Shown: positions 1-9,902, counted from the stretch's first letter. The stretch: 64,000 nt of DNA from a virus (IMGVR_UViG_3300046779_001841:128001-192000), one strand, 5' to 3'. The notes: generated by a model from the sequence alone, not told the origin. Numbers and translations: made by a program.

Positions 1-1458
1 TAGGTAACCACCAGTGATAGTATATTTATCTTGTTTAGCGGAATAGATGCGAAAATCTGCATCATCGTTATATTTGGAATATGTTTTAAGTGGGATAGCA
101 CTTTGAACGAAATAAAGATCTCTATCTCTATCTTGTTGAAAAGATAAGAAAGTGGATTTAAATTCAATATTGATTGTGAAATCAATATTTTTGACGAGTG
201 TGATATATGCTTTAGACCATTTCAATTCATTAGGTAAATCACCATAGGTAGCATAAACATTTGCACTAATAAGATCGCCTACATTATTGATAACATAATT
301 GTTCTTATTTTGAATTGCAATTTTTAAACCACTGCCATCAGGTCTTGAACTTGTAGGCTCTGCACCTGTAGGTATGCAACCAGTACCATCAGCAAGAACA
401 TCGAAACCTGCAGTGTAGTCAGTCTTAGGATAGATTTTGCCATTTTCAATTAAAACAGGAGAAACAAAAGAAATAGGTTTAGAACTCAACACAAGACCAT
501 CATAATATAAAACATATTGATTTGGATTGAGAAGAGAAACTTTACCTGTTTGTTTGCTAATGTATGCGATACCTTTATTTTGAGAAGTAGGCATATCATC
601 ATCAGTATCATAAAATTGAATATCCAGATATTGTCTATTTCCCAATCTTAAAAGTGGTGTTTCAAAACCTTGTGGTTTAGGTGAAAGATAATAAGTATCA
701 TAAATAGGATGAACAATACCATCCAAGACATCTAGTGATTCATTAAAAAACCAAATTTCTTTACCTGCATTTGCAGTAACATATTCATCTTTGAATTGAA
801 CTTTATTTTCATCAACAAAAATGACTGCATCGAAAGAAGTATCAAAAGAGAAAGGATCAGGTTTAACAGAGAATTTTTTTGTAGTGGTAGCGAGTAAATC
901 TTGACCAATAAAAATAAGATTAACAAAGACATCATCTTCATCAACAATACCTTTAGGTAAAGAGAATGTAGAAGTGTCTTGAGATAAGATACCTAAGCTA
1001 ACAGGAGAACCACCTTTTAAGAGTTTCCAATTTTGACCATCCCATTCAAATCGTTGTTTGGAAAGATCATTTCTAGTCCAGTGGAATAAAGGTTCTTCAA
1101 GAATGAAATCTGCATAAGTAAGATTGTTATCTAAAGAATAGAAAAGATTAGGTTTAAGAAATTTAGTGTTTGGATTTACTGCATGAGAAATAGCATCATA
1201 AGTTTGAACTTTGTATTCATAGTAGTTTTCATCGTCTTGGATGCCAGTAGCAATAATAGAGTAATTGCGAGTAGGATTAGAAGACCAAGCAATTTTGGAA
1301 TTATTGATAGAAATGAGAAGGTATTCAACTTGACCCTGATCAAAACAAAGAGTGCCTTGACGATAGGCATCACGATTGCCAATAAATCTAGTAGCAAGAC
1401 TTGTAGTAGATTGATTAGTGTTGGCATTTTTTGTATCTAAAATGATTTTACTAGACAT
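1..1458 (-). CDS. Large putative virion structural protein, partial (runs off left edge)
   Basis: Hand translation from ATG at 1458 (MSSKIILDTKNANTNQSTTSLATRFIGNRDAYRQG...). The frame is also open at 1-240 (...DFRIYSAKQDKYTITGGYL). Absent from the ORF track because it has no stop in the window. Function inferred from composition and context only. Confidence 0.65.
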   Translation of the reverse strand, partial: MSSKIILDTKNANTNQSTTSLATRFIGNRDAYRQGTLCFDQGQVEYLLISINNSKIAWSSNPTRNYSIIATGIQDDENYYEYKVQTYDAISHAVNPNTKFLKPNLFYSLDNNLTYADFILEEPLFHWTRNDLSKQRFEWDGQNWKLLKGGSPVSLGILSQDTSTFSLPKGIVDEDDVFVNLIFIGQDLLATTTKKFSVKPDPFSFDTSFDAVIFVDENKVQFKDEYVTANAGKEIWFFNESLDVLDGIVHPIYDTYYLSPKPQGFETPLLRLGNRQYLDIQFYDTDDDMPTSQNKGIAYISKQTGKVSLLNPNQYVLYYDGLVLSSKPISFVSPVLIENGKIYPKTDYTAGFDVLADGTGCIPTGAEPTSSRPDGSGLKIAIQNKNNYVINNVGDLISANVYATYGDLPNELKWSKAYITLVKNIDFTINIEFKSTFLSFQQDRDRDLYFVQSAIPLKTYSKYNDDADFRIYSAKQDKYTITGGYL

Positions 1459-1464
1459 AAAAGA

Positions 1465-2025
1465 TTATCCTATTTTACAGATGATAGGTGATGCAGAAGG
1501 GACGATACTTGCAGAACCAACAACAACACCAGCACCTGTACCTGTGAGAAACAAGTTACTGATACTAAGAGCGAAAGAATTTAAAACTAAAGGATTTGGA
1601 TTAGGAATACCACTAGCAGGAAAAGATGTTTGAAGACTTGCCAATAATGTTGGATAAGGTGCAATAATATTAACAACAGCACAAGCACCAGTACCTACAA
1701 GAGGACTAAGACCAGAGAATTGCATAGGTAGAGTGCTTAGGCAAGTAGCGATAGCAGAAGCCATAGCAGTCGCATTAGCACTAACAATACCATTAGCAGT
1801 GAAACCAGAGATAGCTAAAGGTGTGTTTGGAATGATAAGAATTTTACCATTAGCAGAACCAACACCAAGAGTACCAGTGCAGGCAACATTTACAAAGACT
1901 GAAGAATTAATCCAATTAAAAATACCAAGACCAAGAGCAGTAGTAGTTAAGACCCAGCTTTGACCTTTAAGAGTAGGACTACTAGCAAGTAAAGTAGAAG
2001 CAATAATTGCTGGTGAAATTGCCAT
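1465..2025 (-). CDS. Hypothetical Gly/Ala/Ser/Thr-rich protein, probably virion structural
   Basis: The track ORF starts at 2133, but the ATG at 2025 (MAISPAIIAS...) has an AAAGGA SD upstream, and the 5' extension overlaps the divergent gene. Confidence 0.6.
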   Translation of the reverse strand: MAISPAIIASTLLASSPTLKGQSWVLTTTALGLGIFNWINSSVFVNVACTGTLGVGSANGKILIIPNTPLAISGFTANGIVSANATAMASAIATCLSTLPMQFSGLSPLVGTGACAVVNIIAPYPTLLASLQTSFPASGIPNPNPLVLNSFALSISNLFLTGTGAGVVVGSASIVPSASPIICKIG

Positions 2026-2103
2026 GTGTGTAAAAATCCTTTGTATTATATTTATATTATATATGTAATGTATATAAAGCATACACAAACAAAGGTTAAA
2101 AAA

Positions 2104-3393
2104 ATGAAATATGCAAATGATGAGAAAGCCCAAATTGAAAAAGCATTATGGGAAGTAGTGAAAACTGCATCAATGGCATTGATGAGATTAAATAAGATGA
2201 GTGGTGAAGAAGAAATTATTGAAGAAGAAAAACCAACCAAACTTGCAAAAAAGGTAGAAGAAATGCCACCTGTTCAAAAAACATTATCAATGGCTGATAG
2301 GATAGCATCTTTGAGAAATCGTAATCTTGAAGAAAGAAAAGTGATGCCTACAAGACAACCAGAAGAAAAAAAAGTAGTGCAGGTAAAGAAAGCGAGTTTG
2401 ACGGATGATAAGATCAAATCATTTGCAACAAGGATAGGAAATGAGATTTCATCTAAAGTGAAAGATGAAGAATATGATTTAAGAGTATTATTTAAGCAAT
2501 CGAATACATGGAATGAGATCAAAGATATGATTGATAGTAATTCAATTAAATCAGTGGTATCATCAGTGAATGAATTTATACAAGATAAGTTAGATCAGAA
2601 GTATGCACAAGAAGTAGAACAAGCGAAGAAGAAACAGGCATTATTAAAACAAAAAGAAGCCTTATTGAAACAAGCAGAAGAGCAAAAGCAATTAGAATTA
2701 GTGGAAGCTAGAAAGCAAAAACTAGCGAATAGTATTAAATCACAAAAGAATGTGATCATGGCATCAATCATTAAAGAGATGAAGCCCTTTGTAAAGGTAG
2801 GCAACATGAATACGATTAATGTAGCATTACAGAAGTCTGCAACATGGCAAAGTGTGAAATCTACATTAGCGAACCAAACAGAAAGAAATGCTTTCTTTAG
2901 TGAAATGATCCAACAATCTGGATTTTTAAATAAACAATCTGATTTCCAAAGAGATGTTATACCACCGAACAGAGATAGTTTTTCTACAGGTGTTCAAACA
3001 AATAGAGGAGTAGATAATTTCAAAGGTAAAGAAAGTGTGCCTAAAGGTTATTCAGATGATATAGGTTCAACTGCACCCGATTCACCAGTGAATAAGACAT
3101 TGAATTTAGATAGGTCGGATAGTCATGGTAGAACACCAGCAACTGCATTAAATAATATAACAGAAGTAGTGCAAAGTGGTGGTTCAGCTAAAGTCATTCC
3201 AGAAAATAAAGGATATGCAAATAATTCATCACCATTAAGACAAGCAGGTGAAGATGAATTAGAGAATTTATGGTCTACTGAAGAAGTAGGTGAAGAAGAA
3301 GATTTAGATGAAATGGAATCGGAATTTGAACAAGAGATAGAAGGTGGAATGGATGATGAAGAATTGGATGATGATGATTTTTTTAATGATTAA
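2104..3393 (+). CDS. Coiled-coil protein with very acidic C-terminus (scaffold-like hypothetical)
   Basis: Start reassigned to ATG 2104 (MKYANDEK; AAAGG upstream). K/E/Q-rich heptads, poly-E/D tail, and RIASLR and KKAS motifs. Confidence 0.7.
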   Translation: MKYANDEKAQIEKALWEVVKTASMALMRLNKMSGEEEIIEEEKPTKLAKKVEEMPPVQKTLSMADRIASLRNRNLEERKVMPTRQPEEKKVVQVKKASLTDDKIKSFATRIGNEISSKVKDEEYDLRVLFKQSNTWNEIKDMIDSNSIKSVVSSVNEFIQDKLDQKYAQEVEQAKKKQALLKQKEALLKQAEEQKQLELVEARKQKLANSIKSQKNVIMASIIKEMKPFVKVGNMNTINVALQKSATWQSVKSTLANQTERNAFFSEMIQQSGFLNKQSDFQRDVIPPNRDSFSTGVQTNRGVDNFKGKESVPKGYSDDIGSTAPDSPVNKTLNLDRSDSHGRTPATALNNITEVVQSGGSAKVIPENKGYANNSSPLRQAGEDELENLWSTEEVGEEEDLDEMESEFEQEIEGGMDDEELDDDDFFND

Positions 3394-3686
3394 CCTTTAT
3401 TGTTTCTATGTTGTTCACACATAGCTTTGAAACTTGCAAGACCATCTTTCCATTCTTGACTACTATAATCAGTAGTATCTTCTTCAATTTGATATTCATC
3501 TTGTTTTTCAACTGGATCACAATACCAATCACTGCTATCAATATCTCTTAAAGACCATTCATCTGTTTGAGTAGTTTGAGCAGTCATTTCATGCCAAGCT
3601 GGTGGTGCAGGATGATCTGCAATGTTAGACCAGTTGAAAGTAGGAAGATCAGTAGTCCAAGTGTTTTTTTCATTTTGCTTTGTCAT
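3390..3686 (-). CDS. Hypothetical acidic Trp-rich protein
   Basis: 98 aa, AAAGGA SD, directly downstream of conserved element copy 1. Confidence 0.7.
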   Translation of the reverse strand: MTKQNEKNTWTTDLPTFNWSNIADHPAPPAWHEMTAQTTQTDEWSLRDIDSSDWYCDPVEKQDEYQIEEDTTDYSSQEWKDGLASFKAMCEQHRNNKG

Positions 3687-3725
3687 TTTTAAATCCTTTG
3701 TTTAGGTTTTCATTTCTCACATATA

Positions 3726-3757
3726 TATAACACTTGTGACTTAGCTATCTTTGCAAC
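3726..3757 (-). promoter_or_regulatory. Conserved promoter-like element, copy 1 (no hairpin)
   Basis: Minus strand GTTGCAAAGATAGCTAAGTCACAAGTGTTATA. Confidence 0.8.
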
Positions 3758-4516
3758 CTATGCAAAAAATTTTTTAATAAAATAATGTAGTGGTTCTCTA
3801 CCATATTGATAATGCAATCCATATTGATAATATGTAAATGGTGTTAGCTTGTTTAAATCTTTAAGAACAGAACCATAGCTATAAATCATAAGATCATGTA
3901 AATCATCCATTGTAGGCTTTGCATCTAATCTAACTAAATCTGCTTCTACTTGAATTGCAATTTGTAGTTGCTTAAAAATCCATTGTTGTGCATCATAGGT
4001 GAGTTTCACATCTTCAAGTTTCTTTAAAAGAATATCACCTAAAGATAGATAATAAAAAGTGAAAAAATAAGGATCTTCGCTTTCAAGATATTTAGAAATA
4101 CAATAATCCAATGTATCAAATTGTGTCTTGTCTTTAAGTCTATCATGTAGAGTAGTTGGACATAAAACACAATTAGTTCCATTGTCTTTAAAAGAACCTA
4201 CACCACTTTCTAAAAGTGGGATAGAACCAATCTCAACATCTGTAGGATATAGAATATTATGATCTAATCCAGATGCTCGTAAATCAGTCATCCAAGTTGC
4301 ATCTGCATTATATAACATAAAAGCATAAAGAGATTTATATTCGCAATCTTTGAGTTCAAAACTTGTATGGTGTTGAATAACTTCAAGCCATGTTTCCGAA
4401 GTGCGAAAGAAATCTGGATTTGCAGTTTGGATAATGTATTTAATCCATTCAATATCATTTTCTCTAAATTTTTCAAGAAGGATTTGTTGTGCTTTTTCAT
4501 ATAAGTAATTTGACAT
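3758..4516 (-). CDS. Hypothetical protein
   Basis: 252-aa ORF; SD GAAAGGTG preceded by a CA-rich leader. Confidence 0.7.
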   Translation of the reverse strand: MSNYLYEKAQQILLEKFRENDIEWIKYIIQTANPDFFRTSETWLEVIQHHTSFELKDCEYKSLYAFMLYNADATWMTDLRASGLDHNILYPTDVEIGSIPLLESGVGSFKDNGTNCVLCPTTLHDRLKDKTQFDTLDYCISKYLESEDPYFFTFYYLSLGDILLKKLEDVKLTYDAQQWIFKQLQIAIQVEADLVRLDAKPTMDDLHDLMIYSYGSVLKDLNKLTPFTYYQYGLHYQYGREPLHYFIKKFFA

Positions 4517-4641
4517 AAGACACCTTTCATGTGTGTGTGTTGTATTTGCTTATATGAAAAGAAATACGATTTACATTTTTCAATAATGTTTTTATTTTTT
4601 TCTTTGTTGTAGAAAATTCAAATGAAAAGGATTAAGAAATC

Positions 4642-5109
4642 ATGAATCACTACCAAGCCATTAGAAAAGCCATGCAACAAAGAGTATCTGCAGATAGGAA
4701 TATTCCAAAATATGTTCAAGATAAGGCAGAATTTTTTGAAAAAGAAAAAGGTTATGAACCTGGTTATGCTTTTAGCACTGCATGGAGTATTTATTGCAAA
4801 TATAAAAACCCTGGTGATAAAGTCCATTGTAAAAAAGAACCAAGTGAATATTTTTCTAAAAAAGCAGGTGCAGTAAAGAATATGATCATGGATGTGATAT
4901 TCGATGCGATTGAATATGTAGAAAAGTTTAGCAAGAAATCTATTGATGAAGATGGAGAAGTCTTTGATCTTACACAAGAATATGTTATGGATGGTTTTAG
5001 TTCAATGACTGAAGCAAGACTTGAAAGATTATTGAAACAAAAAGGTGTGAGTAGCACGATCATTAATAATTATATGAATAAAATTCAACATGAATTACAA
5101 GAGATTTAG
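4642..5109 (+). CDS. Hypothetical protein (AWSIYCxxKNP..HC motif, KKAG)
   Basis: 155-aa ORF with AAAGGA SD. Confidence 0.7.
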   Translation: MNHYQAIRKAMQQRVSADRNIPKYVQDKAEFFEKEKGYEPGYAFSTAWSIYCKYKNPGDKVHCKKEPSEYFSKKAGAVKNMIMDVIFDAIEYVEKFSKKSIDEDGEVFDLTQEYVMDGFSSMTEARLERLLKQKGVSSTIINNYMNKIQHELQEI

Positions 5110-6461
5110 AAAGTAAGTTTCATTTCACCAATTTGATTGCCATTAACATTTTTAATGATAACTTGAGAACATTCTTTTAAATCTAACTCATTGATTTGAA
5201 TATTTTCAATCAATAAAGTAGCACCTGCAGTCATTTGGAATTTCATTCCATTGATACCTGCAGTCTTGAAAAATTTGGTTTCTGTTTTAATATCTGTTTG
5301 TTTCATAACAGTTTCTTCTTTCTGTGGAATAGGTTCTGGATCTAAAATAGATTGTGGTAAAGTTTCTAAACTAACTTGTTCTTGAAGAAGATGTTCTTGA
5401 AGAATATGTTCTTGAAGAATATGTTCTTCAATTACTGGCAAAGCTAATGGTTCATTTTGAATGACTTTTTTATCCAAGACTTTTTGATATTCATCTTGAT
5501 ATTTCATTTCCAACATTTCTTTGACATCACCTTTAAGAGTAGATGGAATACTACAACCAAAGACCATCTTAAAAGCTGAATCAATTTTATTGAAATTCTT
5601 AGTCCATTCTTTACTGAGATTTGCATCTGTAATCATATCCATTAACCAAAGTCTTTTTGTTTCAAGATTTTGTTCTTTGGTGTATTTGGGTGATTTACCT
5701 TGAATAACATGAAGCATATGATCAGACAACAAGATAACACCTTGTTCATACCATTCTTCAACTCTTTTAGGTAAATTTTCATCACTTGATGGATTATCAA
5801 TGATCTTTAGTTTTTCCATTTGTGCTAAAGAAAGATTGATGTTTTCTCTAATGCTTTTTCTATAAAAAGCGATAGGATTTTCATTATTAACATTTACAGG
5901 CACCAGTGCATATGGATGTTTCAAGCAAGATGTTTCAATCTCAATCCAATCTTCTTTTTCAATAATTTGTTTAATAAAGTTCTCAATGGTTAAAACAAAA
6001 AATTCTTCTTCTTGCTTAACATCTTCTGGAGATAGGACTTCTCTTAACATTTTAAACCTTTTTGATATTTCCCAGAAACTGGCATAGTGTTTTTGAATGG
6101 TTTCCATAGATGCTTTGATCTTTTGTGTGATTTCAATAAAAGGCACACCTAAATCATCTGCTTCTTTTTTTGCCCACTCTCTTATTGGATGACTAGACAT
6201 ATCTTTAAAATGAAAAACAATCTTTGTTGTTAAAGGCATGGTTGGAAATGATTTTTTTGTTGGATCTTTGTGTCCACCAAAAACAAGATTTAGACCTAAT
6301 TCTTTTTTCAAAGATGGTAATAGTGCTTCTTTAATGTTATCTAATCGACCACCTACAAAATAACATTGAAATGGAAAATTCAAATTCTCATTTGTAATAT
6401 GGAATGTGTTTGGATTGTTAAAGAAATCATTGACTTTAATGTCTGTTGGAATAGGAATCAT
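5106..6461 (-). CDS. Hypothetical protein with N-terminal DUF2325-like domain
   Basis: FVGG...L...GGH...IVFHFKDMSSH...AKKEA..LGVPFIEI resembles the DUF2325 pattern (from memory); followed by a long helical region and an EHILQ repeat. Confidence 0.55.
   Translation of the reverse strand: MIPIPTDIKVNDFFNNPNTFHITNENLNFPFQCYFVGGRLDNIKEALLPSLKKELGLNLVFGGHKDPTKKSFPTMPLTTKIVFHFKDMSSHPIREWAKKEADDLGVPFIEITQKIKASMETIQKHYASFWEISKRFKMLREVLSPEDVKQEEEFFVLTIENFIKQIIEKEDWIEIETSCLKHPYALVPVNVNNENPIAFYRKSIRENINLSLAQMEKLKIIDNPSSDENLPKRVEEWYEQGVILLSDHMLHVIQGKSPKYTKEQNLETKRLWLMDMITDANLSKEWTKNFNKIDSAFKMVFGCSIPSTLKGDVKEMLEMKYQDEYQKVLDKKVIQNEPLALPVIEEHILQEHILQEHLLQEQVSLETLPQSILDPEPIPQKEETVMKQTDIKTETKFFKTAGINGMKFQMTAGATLLIENIQINELDLKECSQVIIKNVNGNQIGEMKLTF
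5377..5429. repeat. 15-bp tandem repeat (about 3.5 copies) encoding EHILQ/EHLLQ
   Basis: tgttcttgaagaaga-tgttcttgaagaata-tgttcttgaagaata-tgttcttc. Confidence 0.9.
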
Positions 6462-6531
6462 TTTTTATCCTTTGTTTGTTAAAATATTTCTTATAGTAAA
6501 TGAATTGACTTTTACAGATTTTTTATGACTG

Positions 6532-6771
6532 TTATAAACAATCAGCTTCATCTTCATTATCATCAAGAACAGAGTAACAAGTATTAATTACATTCTGATA
6601 ATCACTACTCATGCAAATTTGTTGGAATGTTTGAATGTCTTTCCTAGACCAGCCTTTTCTTCTCAAACATTGACTTGTATAACCAATCAATGAGAAAGCA
6701 TTGCCATCAAGACCAACTAAACAACCATTACCTAAACCATTTTTTTCAATCAAATTTTTGAGTTCTTGCAT
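6532..6771 (-). CDS. Small conserved phage hypothetical protein (LVGxDGNAF family)
   Basis: Start reassigned to ATG 6771 (MQELKNL; AAAGGA SD). The LVGLDGNAF...G...SSDY pattern is familiar from phage hypotheticals. Confidence 0.7.
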   Translation of the reverse strand: MQELKNLIEKNGLGNGCLVGLDGNAFSLIGYTSQCLRRKGWSRKDIQTFQQICMSSDYQNVINTCYSVLDDNEDEADCL

Positions 6772-6799
6772 TTGTTTTTTCCTTTTTTGAAAGTGTTTG

Positions 6800-7120
6800 T
6801 TATCTGTTATAGTGTGTTTCATAGTCATCACAACCATAGTCCATTTCAAAATCTGCATAATCTTCAATCTCAGTCTTAATATATTCCACTAGACTTTCAA
6901 TAGAAGAGAACACTGCTTTTTTAGTCAAATCCACTAATTCATTATCTTCTTTTGTGATGATATAAACATCTTTATATGAAGCTAATATGTACTCATTGTC
7001 TTTGAAATCAATATCTGCAAGATATTGACCTTGCTCAAATTCAATAGAATTTGGATACATTTCACAATAAGAGATTTTAGAAGAAGTGATAGAAGATAGT
7101 GCTTGAATTAAGTTTTGCAT
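6800..7120 (-). CDS. Hypothetical acidic protein
   Basis: 106 aa, AAAGGA SD, directly downstream of element copy 2. Confidence 0.7.
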   Translation of the reverse strand: MQNLIQALSSITSSKISYCEMYPNSIEFEQGQYLADIDFKDNEYILASYKDVYIITKEDNELVDLTKKAVFSSIESLVEYIKTEIEDYADFEMDYGCDDYETHYNR

Positions 7121-7140
7121 TTTTGCATCCTTTTTGAGTT

Positions 7141-7190
7141 TGTCATTATCGACATATAGATAACACTTAAGGATAAGCTATCTTTGCAAC
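7141..7190 (-). promoter_or_regulatory. Conserved promoter/stem-loop element, copy 2
   Basis: GTTGCAAAGATAGCTTATCCTTAAGTGTTATCTATATGTCGATAATGACA. Confidence 0.8.
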
Positions 7191-7270
7191 GACTATGAAA
7201 TTTTTTTAATTTTCTTTTTATTAAATTTCTCTCTTGCATATAGATATAAAAAGATGAAAGGTGAGATACT

Positions 7271-7831
7271 ATGTTTTTTAATAATCGTATCGCCAAAGCT
7301 AATGTCAATCCTGTTCGCCAAAGAACACAATATTCTTGTGTATCTGCATCAACAGCAATGGCATTAAATTCTTTAGGTTTTGATACCACTGAAGATGAAG
7401 TTCAAAAAGTCATAGGTGCTAAACCTATGCAAGGTGCAAGGTGGGAAGAAGTTTTAGCTTGTTTGCAACATTATGGATGTAGAGGAACACTTGTTGTACC
7501 ATCAACATTAAAACAAGTTAAAGGTTGGACTGATCTTGGCAAACCTGTTTTAATCTCTTGGAATCCCGAAGGTAGAGAATGGAGCCATGCAAGTTTAATT
7601 TTTGATGTCATAGAAAAACCAGATGGTTCTATGGATGTTTATGTTGCTGATCCAAATATTCCGGATCCAGATCAAACAGTTCGTATTGTGGATTCAAGTA
7701 GTTTCTATTCTAAGTGGGCTGAAAAGTGGCCAAATTACATGGTTCGTAGACCTGCACTTATGGTAGATCGTGAAATAAACACTGAAGGTCGTCAAATAAT
7801 GGCATCTTTAAGAAAGAAAAAAGGATTTTAA
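7271..7831 (+). CDS. Peptidase C39-like cysteine peptidase
   Basis: RQRTQYSCVSASTAMAL (Q..C), GKPVLI...SHASLI (His) and VYVADP (Asp) match the C39 catalytic layout. Confidence 0.85.
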   Translation: MFFNNRIAKANVNPVRQRTQYSCVSASTAMALNSLGFDTTEDEVQKVIGAKPMQGARWEEVLACLQHYGCRGTLVVPSTLKQVKGWTDLGKPVLISWNPEGREWSHASLIFDVIEKPDGSMDVYVADPNIPDPDQTVRIVDSSSFYSKWAEKWPNYMVRRPALMVDREINTEGRQIMASLRKKKGF

Positions 7832-7832
7832 A

Positions 7833-8822
7833 ATGTTAAACAATAGAAGACGCAATAATCGTATTGCTTGTGGTTGTGGTGATGATACATCTTTATCTCA
7901 ACCTTTAATGATGAGAAGAGATTATGGTTCTCAAGATCATTTTGCTAGTGATGAAATGTTAGCTGATTTTGATAAAGAATCAAGATTTCATGAAGGACCC
8001 AAAGGTAAAAAAGAATGGAAAGAATGGTTTGAAGATCAACCTGAAGATTTTCAAGAAGAATGGAATGAGAATACAGAAAAGTATCGTGATAAATTTAAAG
8101 AAGCAAGATTTCATAGAGGACCCAAAGGCAGAAAGAATTTTGAAAAATGGATTAAGACACAACCATTTGAAGATGAATGGAATGTGAATAATTGTATGTA
8201 TAGTGGAACGATTACAGGTAAAGCACCTAAATCACAAGAATCTTGCGAACAAGAATTAGGTGTTAAACTCGCATCAAGAGTTGCCAATAGATTTATGGAA
8301 AATACCAACAATAATAGATTTCTCAATCGCACTGCTAGACATCTTATTGCATCTATTGAAACTGAAATGAATGAACTCTTATCTGAAGCAGATAAGGCTG
8401 ATGAAAAAGCTAAAGAATATAAAACTGCATGGTCTAAACAAGATCTTTCTTATTTAAAGAAATCAAATATTATTCCAGCTGATTTACATGATAAACTTGC
8501 ATCATCTTTTGATATTATTAAGAGTGCAGAAGAAATGGTAAAGAATGCAGTAAAAAAATTAAAAGCTACTGCAAAGAGTAAAAGAAAAGAAGCTAGAAAA
8601 TTAGGTAAAAAAGCTAATGCTATCATGGAACTCCAAGCAGATAGTGATGGTTCTTATATGTCTGTTTCTAATATCAATCAAATGATTACTCAATTAACTT
8701 CTCTTGCAGATGTTATTCATGCAGATACAGAATTAGAAGACTGGGTTGAAAGCAAACTTGCACACGCACATCAAAATATTCTTGATGTTGCGAACTATAT
8801 GTTCTTTTCACCTAAAGTTTAA
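7833..8822 (+). CDS. Hypothetical (putative head-associated) protein with internal repeat
   Basis: Two RFH(E/R)GPKG.K....W...QP repeats. The C-terminal QL..L....D.ELEDWVESKLAHA.....V..YM segment resembles a helical motif common in myovirus hypotheticals. Confidence 0.65.
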   Translation: MLNNRRRNNRIACGCGDDTSLSQPLMMRRDYGSQDHFASDEMLADFDKESRFHEGPKGKKEWKEWFEDQPEDFQEEWNENTEKYRDKFKEARFHRGPKGRKNFEKWIKTQPFEDEWNVNNCMYSGTITGKAPKSQESCEQELGVKLASRVANRFMENTNNNRFLNRTARHLIASIETEMNELLSEADKADEKAKEYKTAWSKQDLSYLKKSNIIPADLHDKLASSFDIIKSAEEMVKNAVKKLKATAKSKRKEARKLGKKANAIMELQADSDGSYMSVSNINQMITQLTSLADVIHADTELEDWVESKLAHAHQNILDVANYMFFSPKV

Positions 8823-9021
8823 ATTTTAGATACCATTTAATTTTCCAAATATTTTTATCTATCAAATATTCCAGCATTTCTACATACCAAAATAAAAAAA
8901 GGTAGCTTGATATTTTTACATACCAAACTACCTTCTTTTGAACTGATATTTGACTATTCAATAATATGGTGCTTACTTTGATCAATGATAGAAACCAGAA
9001 AGCCATCCATATTATTACCAT
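8812..9021 (-). CDS. Possible small Trp-rich membrane protein
   Basis: AGGA 7 nt upstream of ATG 9021, two hydrophobic stretches, and it fills an otherwise empty 240-bp gap. Confidence 0.35.
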   Translation of the reverse strand: MVIIWMAFWFLSLIKVSTILLNSQISVQKKVVWYVKISSYLFLFWYVEMLEYLIDKNIWKIKWYLKFKL

Positions 9022-9066
9022 AATCACATCCTATCTTTAAATATAGATAGAATGTTTATTTAATCA

Positions 9067-9324
9067 TTATGCCTTTTTAACTGCAAAACCTGTAGCAAAT
9101 TTCTTCTTTGGATTGGCAAGGCTTTCTTCTTTTCTCTTAGCTTTTTCTGCTTTAGCATTTTCTAACAAATCTTTTCTTAAAGAATTTAAAGACTTGGTGA
9201 TTGCCAAAAGTTCTTTTCTTGCTCTTACACTTGGTTTGAGTTTGCCATTTTGTGCTGATTCAACATCAGTAGCGACTAATTGTAACTTTTCGATTGCTTG
9301 TGCAAGTTCTTGTGTCAATGTCAT
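9067..9324 (-). CDS. Histone H1-like (Hc1-family-like) DNA-binding protein
   Basis: D.E....GKLKPSVRARKELL.I...L..LRKD resembles the Hc1 core (D..K...GNKAA..RARK...EL....RK); Lys/Ala-rich tail. Confidence 0.55.
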   Translation of the reverse strand: MTLTQELAQAIEKLQLVATDVESAQNGKLKPSVRARKELLAITKSLNSLRKDLLENAKAEKAKRKEESLANPKKKFATGFAVKKA

Positions 9325-9359
9325 TTGAACATATCCTTTTTGTTAAAGTGGTTTTGATT

Positions 9360-9728
9360 TCATTTGATTATACAATAATATTTTTGTAGATACTCAACAA
9401 TTTTTTTATGGGATGTCATTTTTATCACTGTTTGAAATTGTTCTTCTCCACAAATCTTTGATATATCTATCAACTCTTGCATAGTAGGTTTAATAATCGT
9501 ATTTACAAAAACATGATTTTCTTCCATATACACAAATTCATCTTTTCGGATCAATCCTTTTAGATATAAGATTATGCTACCATATTTTAAGACCCATTCT
9601 TCTGCTTCTCTCAAAGCCTTCTTTTGTTTCTTATTGATTTTTGGTATCAAATCTGGTGGCAACACTAAGACTGGATCTACCAATCTTTTAAAGTAAAAAT
9701 TTTTTCCAAGATAGTCTTTCAAATTCAT
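9360..9728 (-). CDS. Hypothetical protein
   Basis: 122-aa ORF overlapping the upstream ORF by 41 nt; start uncertain. Confidence 0.55.
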   Translation of the reverse strand: MNLKDYLGKNFYFKRLVDPVLVLPPDLIPKINKKQKKALREAEEWVLKYGSIILYLKGLIRKDEFVYMEENHVFVNTIIKPTMQELIDISKICGEEQFQTVIKMTSHKKIVEYLQKYYCIIK

Positions 9729-9900
9729 TCGCTTCTTCCCATCGCAAGAAAATAAGTTTGTCTTTGTCTTTTACTTCATTTGTAGATGTGATGGTCAAGT
9801 TATAATACTTGACCTCGATCTTTAATTCTTTTTTCACTAATGCTGGTAATACAACTTGGTATCCATCATTGACTGCTTGAATGATTGTTGAATTTAACAT
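9688..9900 (-). CDS. Hypothetical protein
   Basis: 70 aa, tightly coupled (TAAAAATG) to the upstream gene. Confidence 0.55.
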   Translation of the reverse strand: MLNSTIIQAVNDGYQVVLPALVKKELKIEVKYYNLTITSTNEVKDKDKLIFLRWEEANEFERLSWKKFLL

Positions 9901-9902
9901 TT

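Noticed and set aside
9688-9728. Programmed frameshift joining the two overlapping ORFs at GGAAAAAATTTTT
   Set aside because: The downstream ORF is in the +1 frame, not -1, and has its own ATG; homopolymer runs are common at this AT content.
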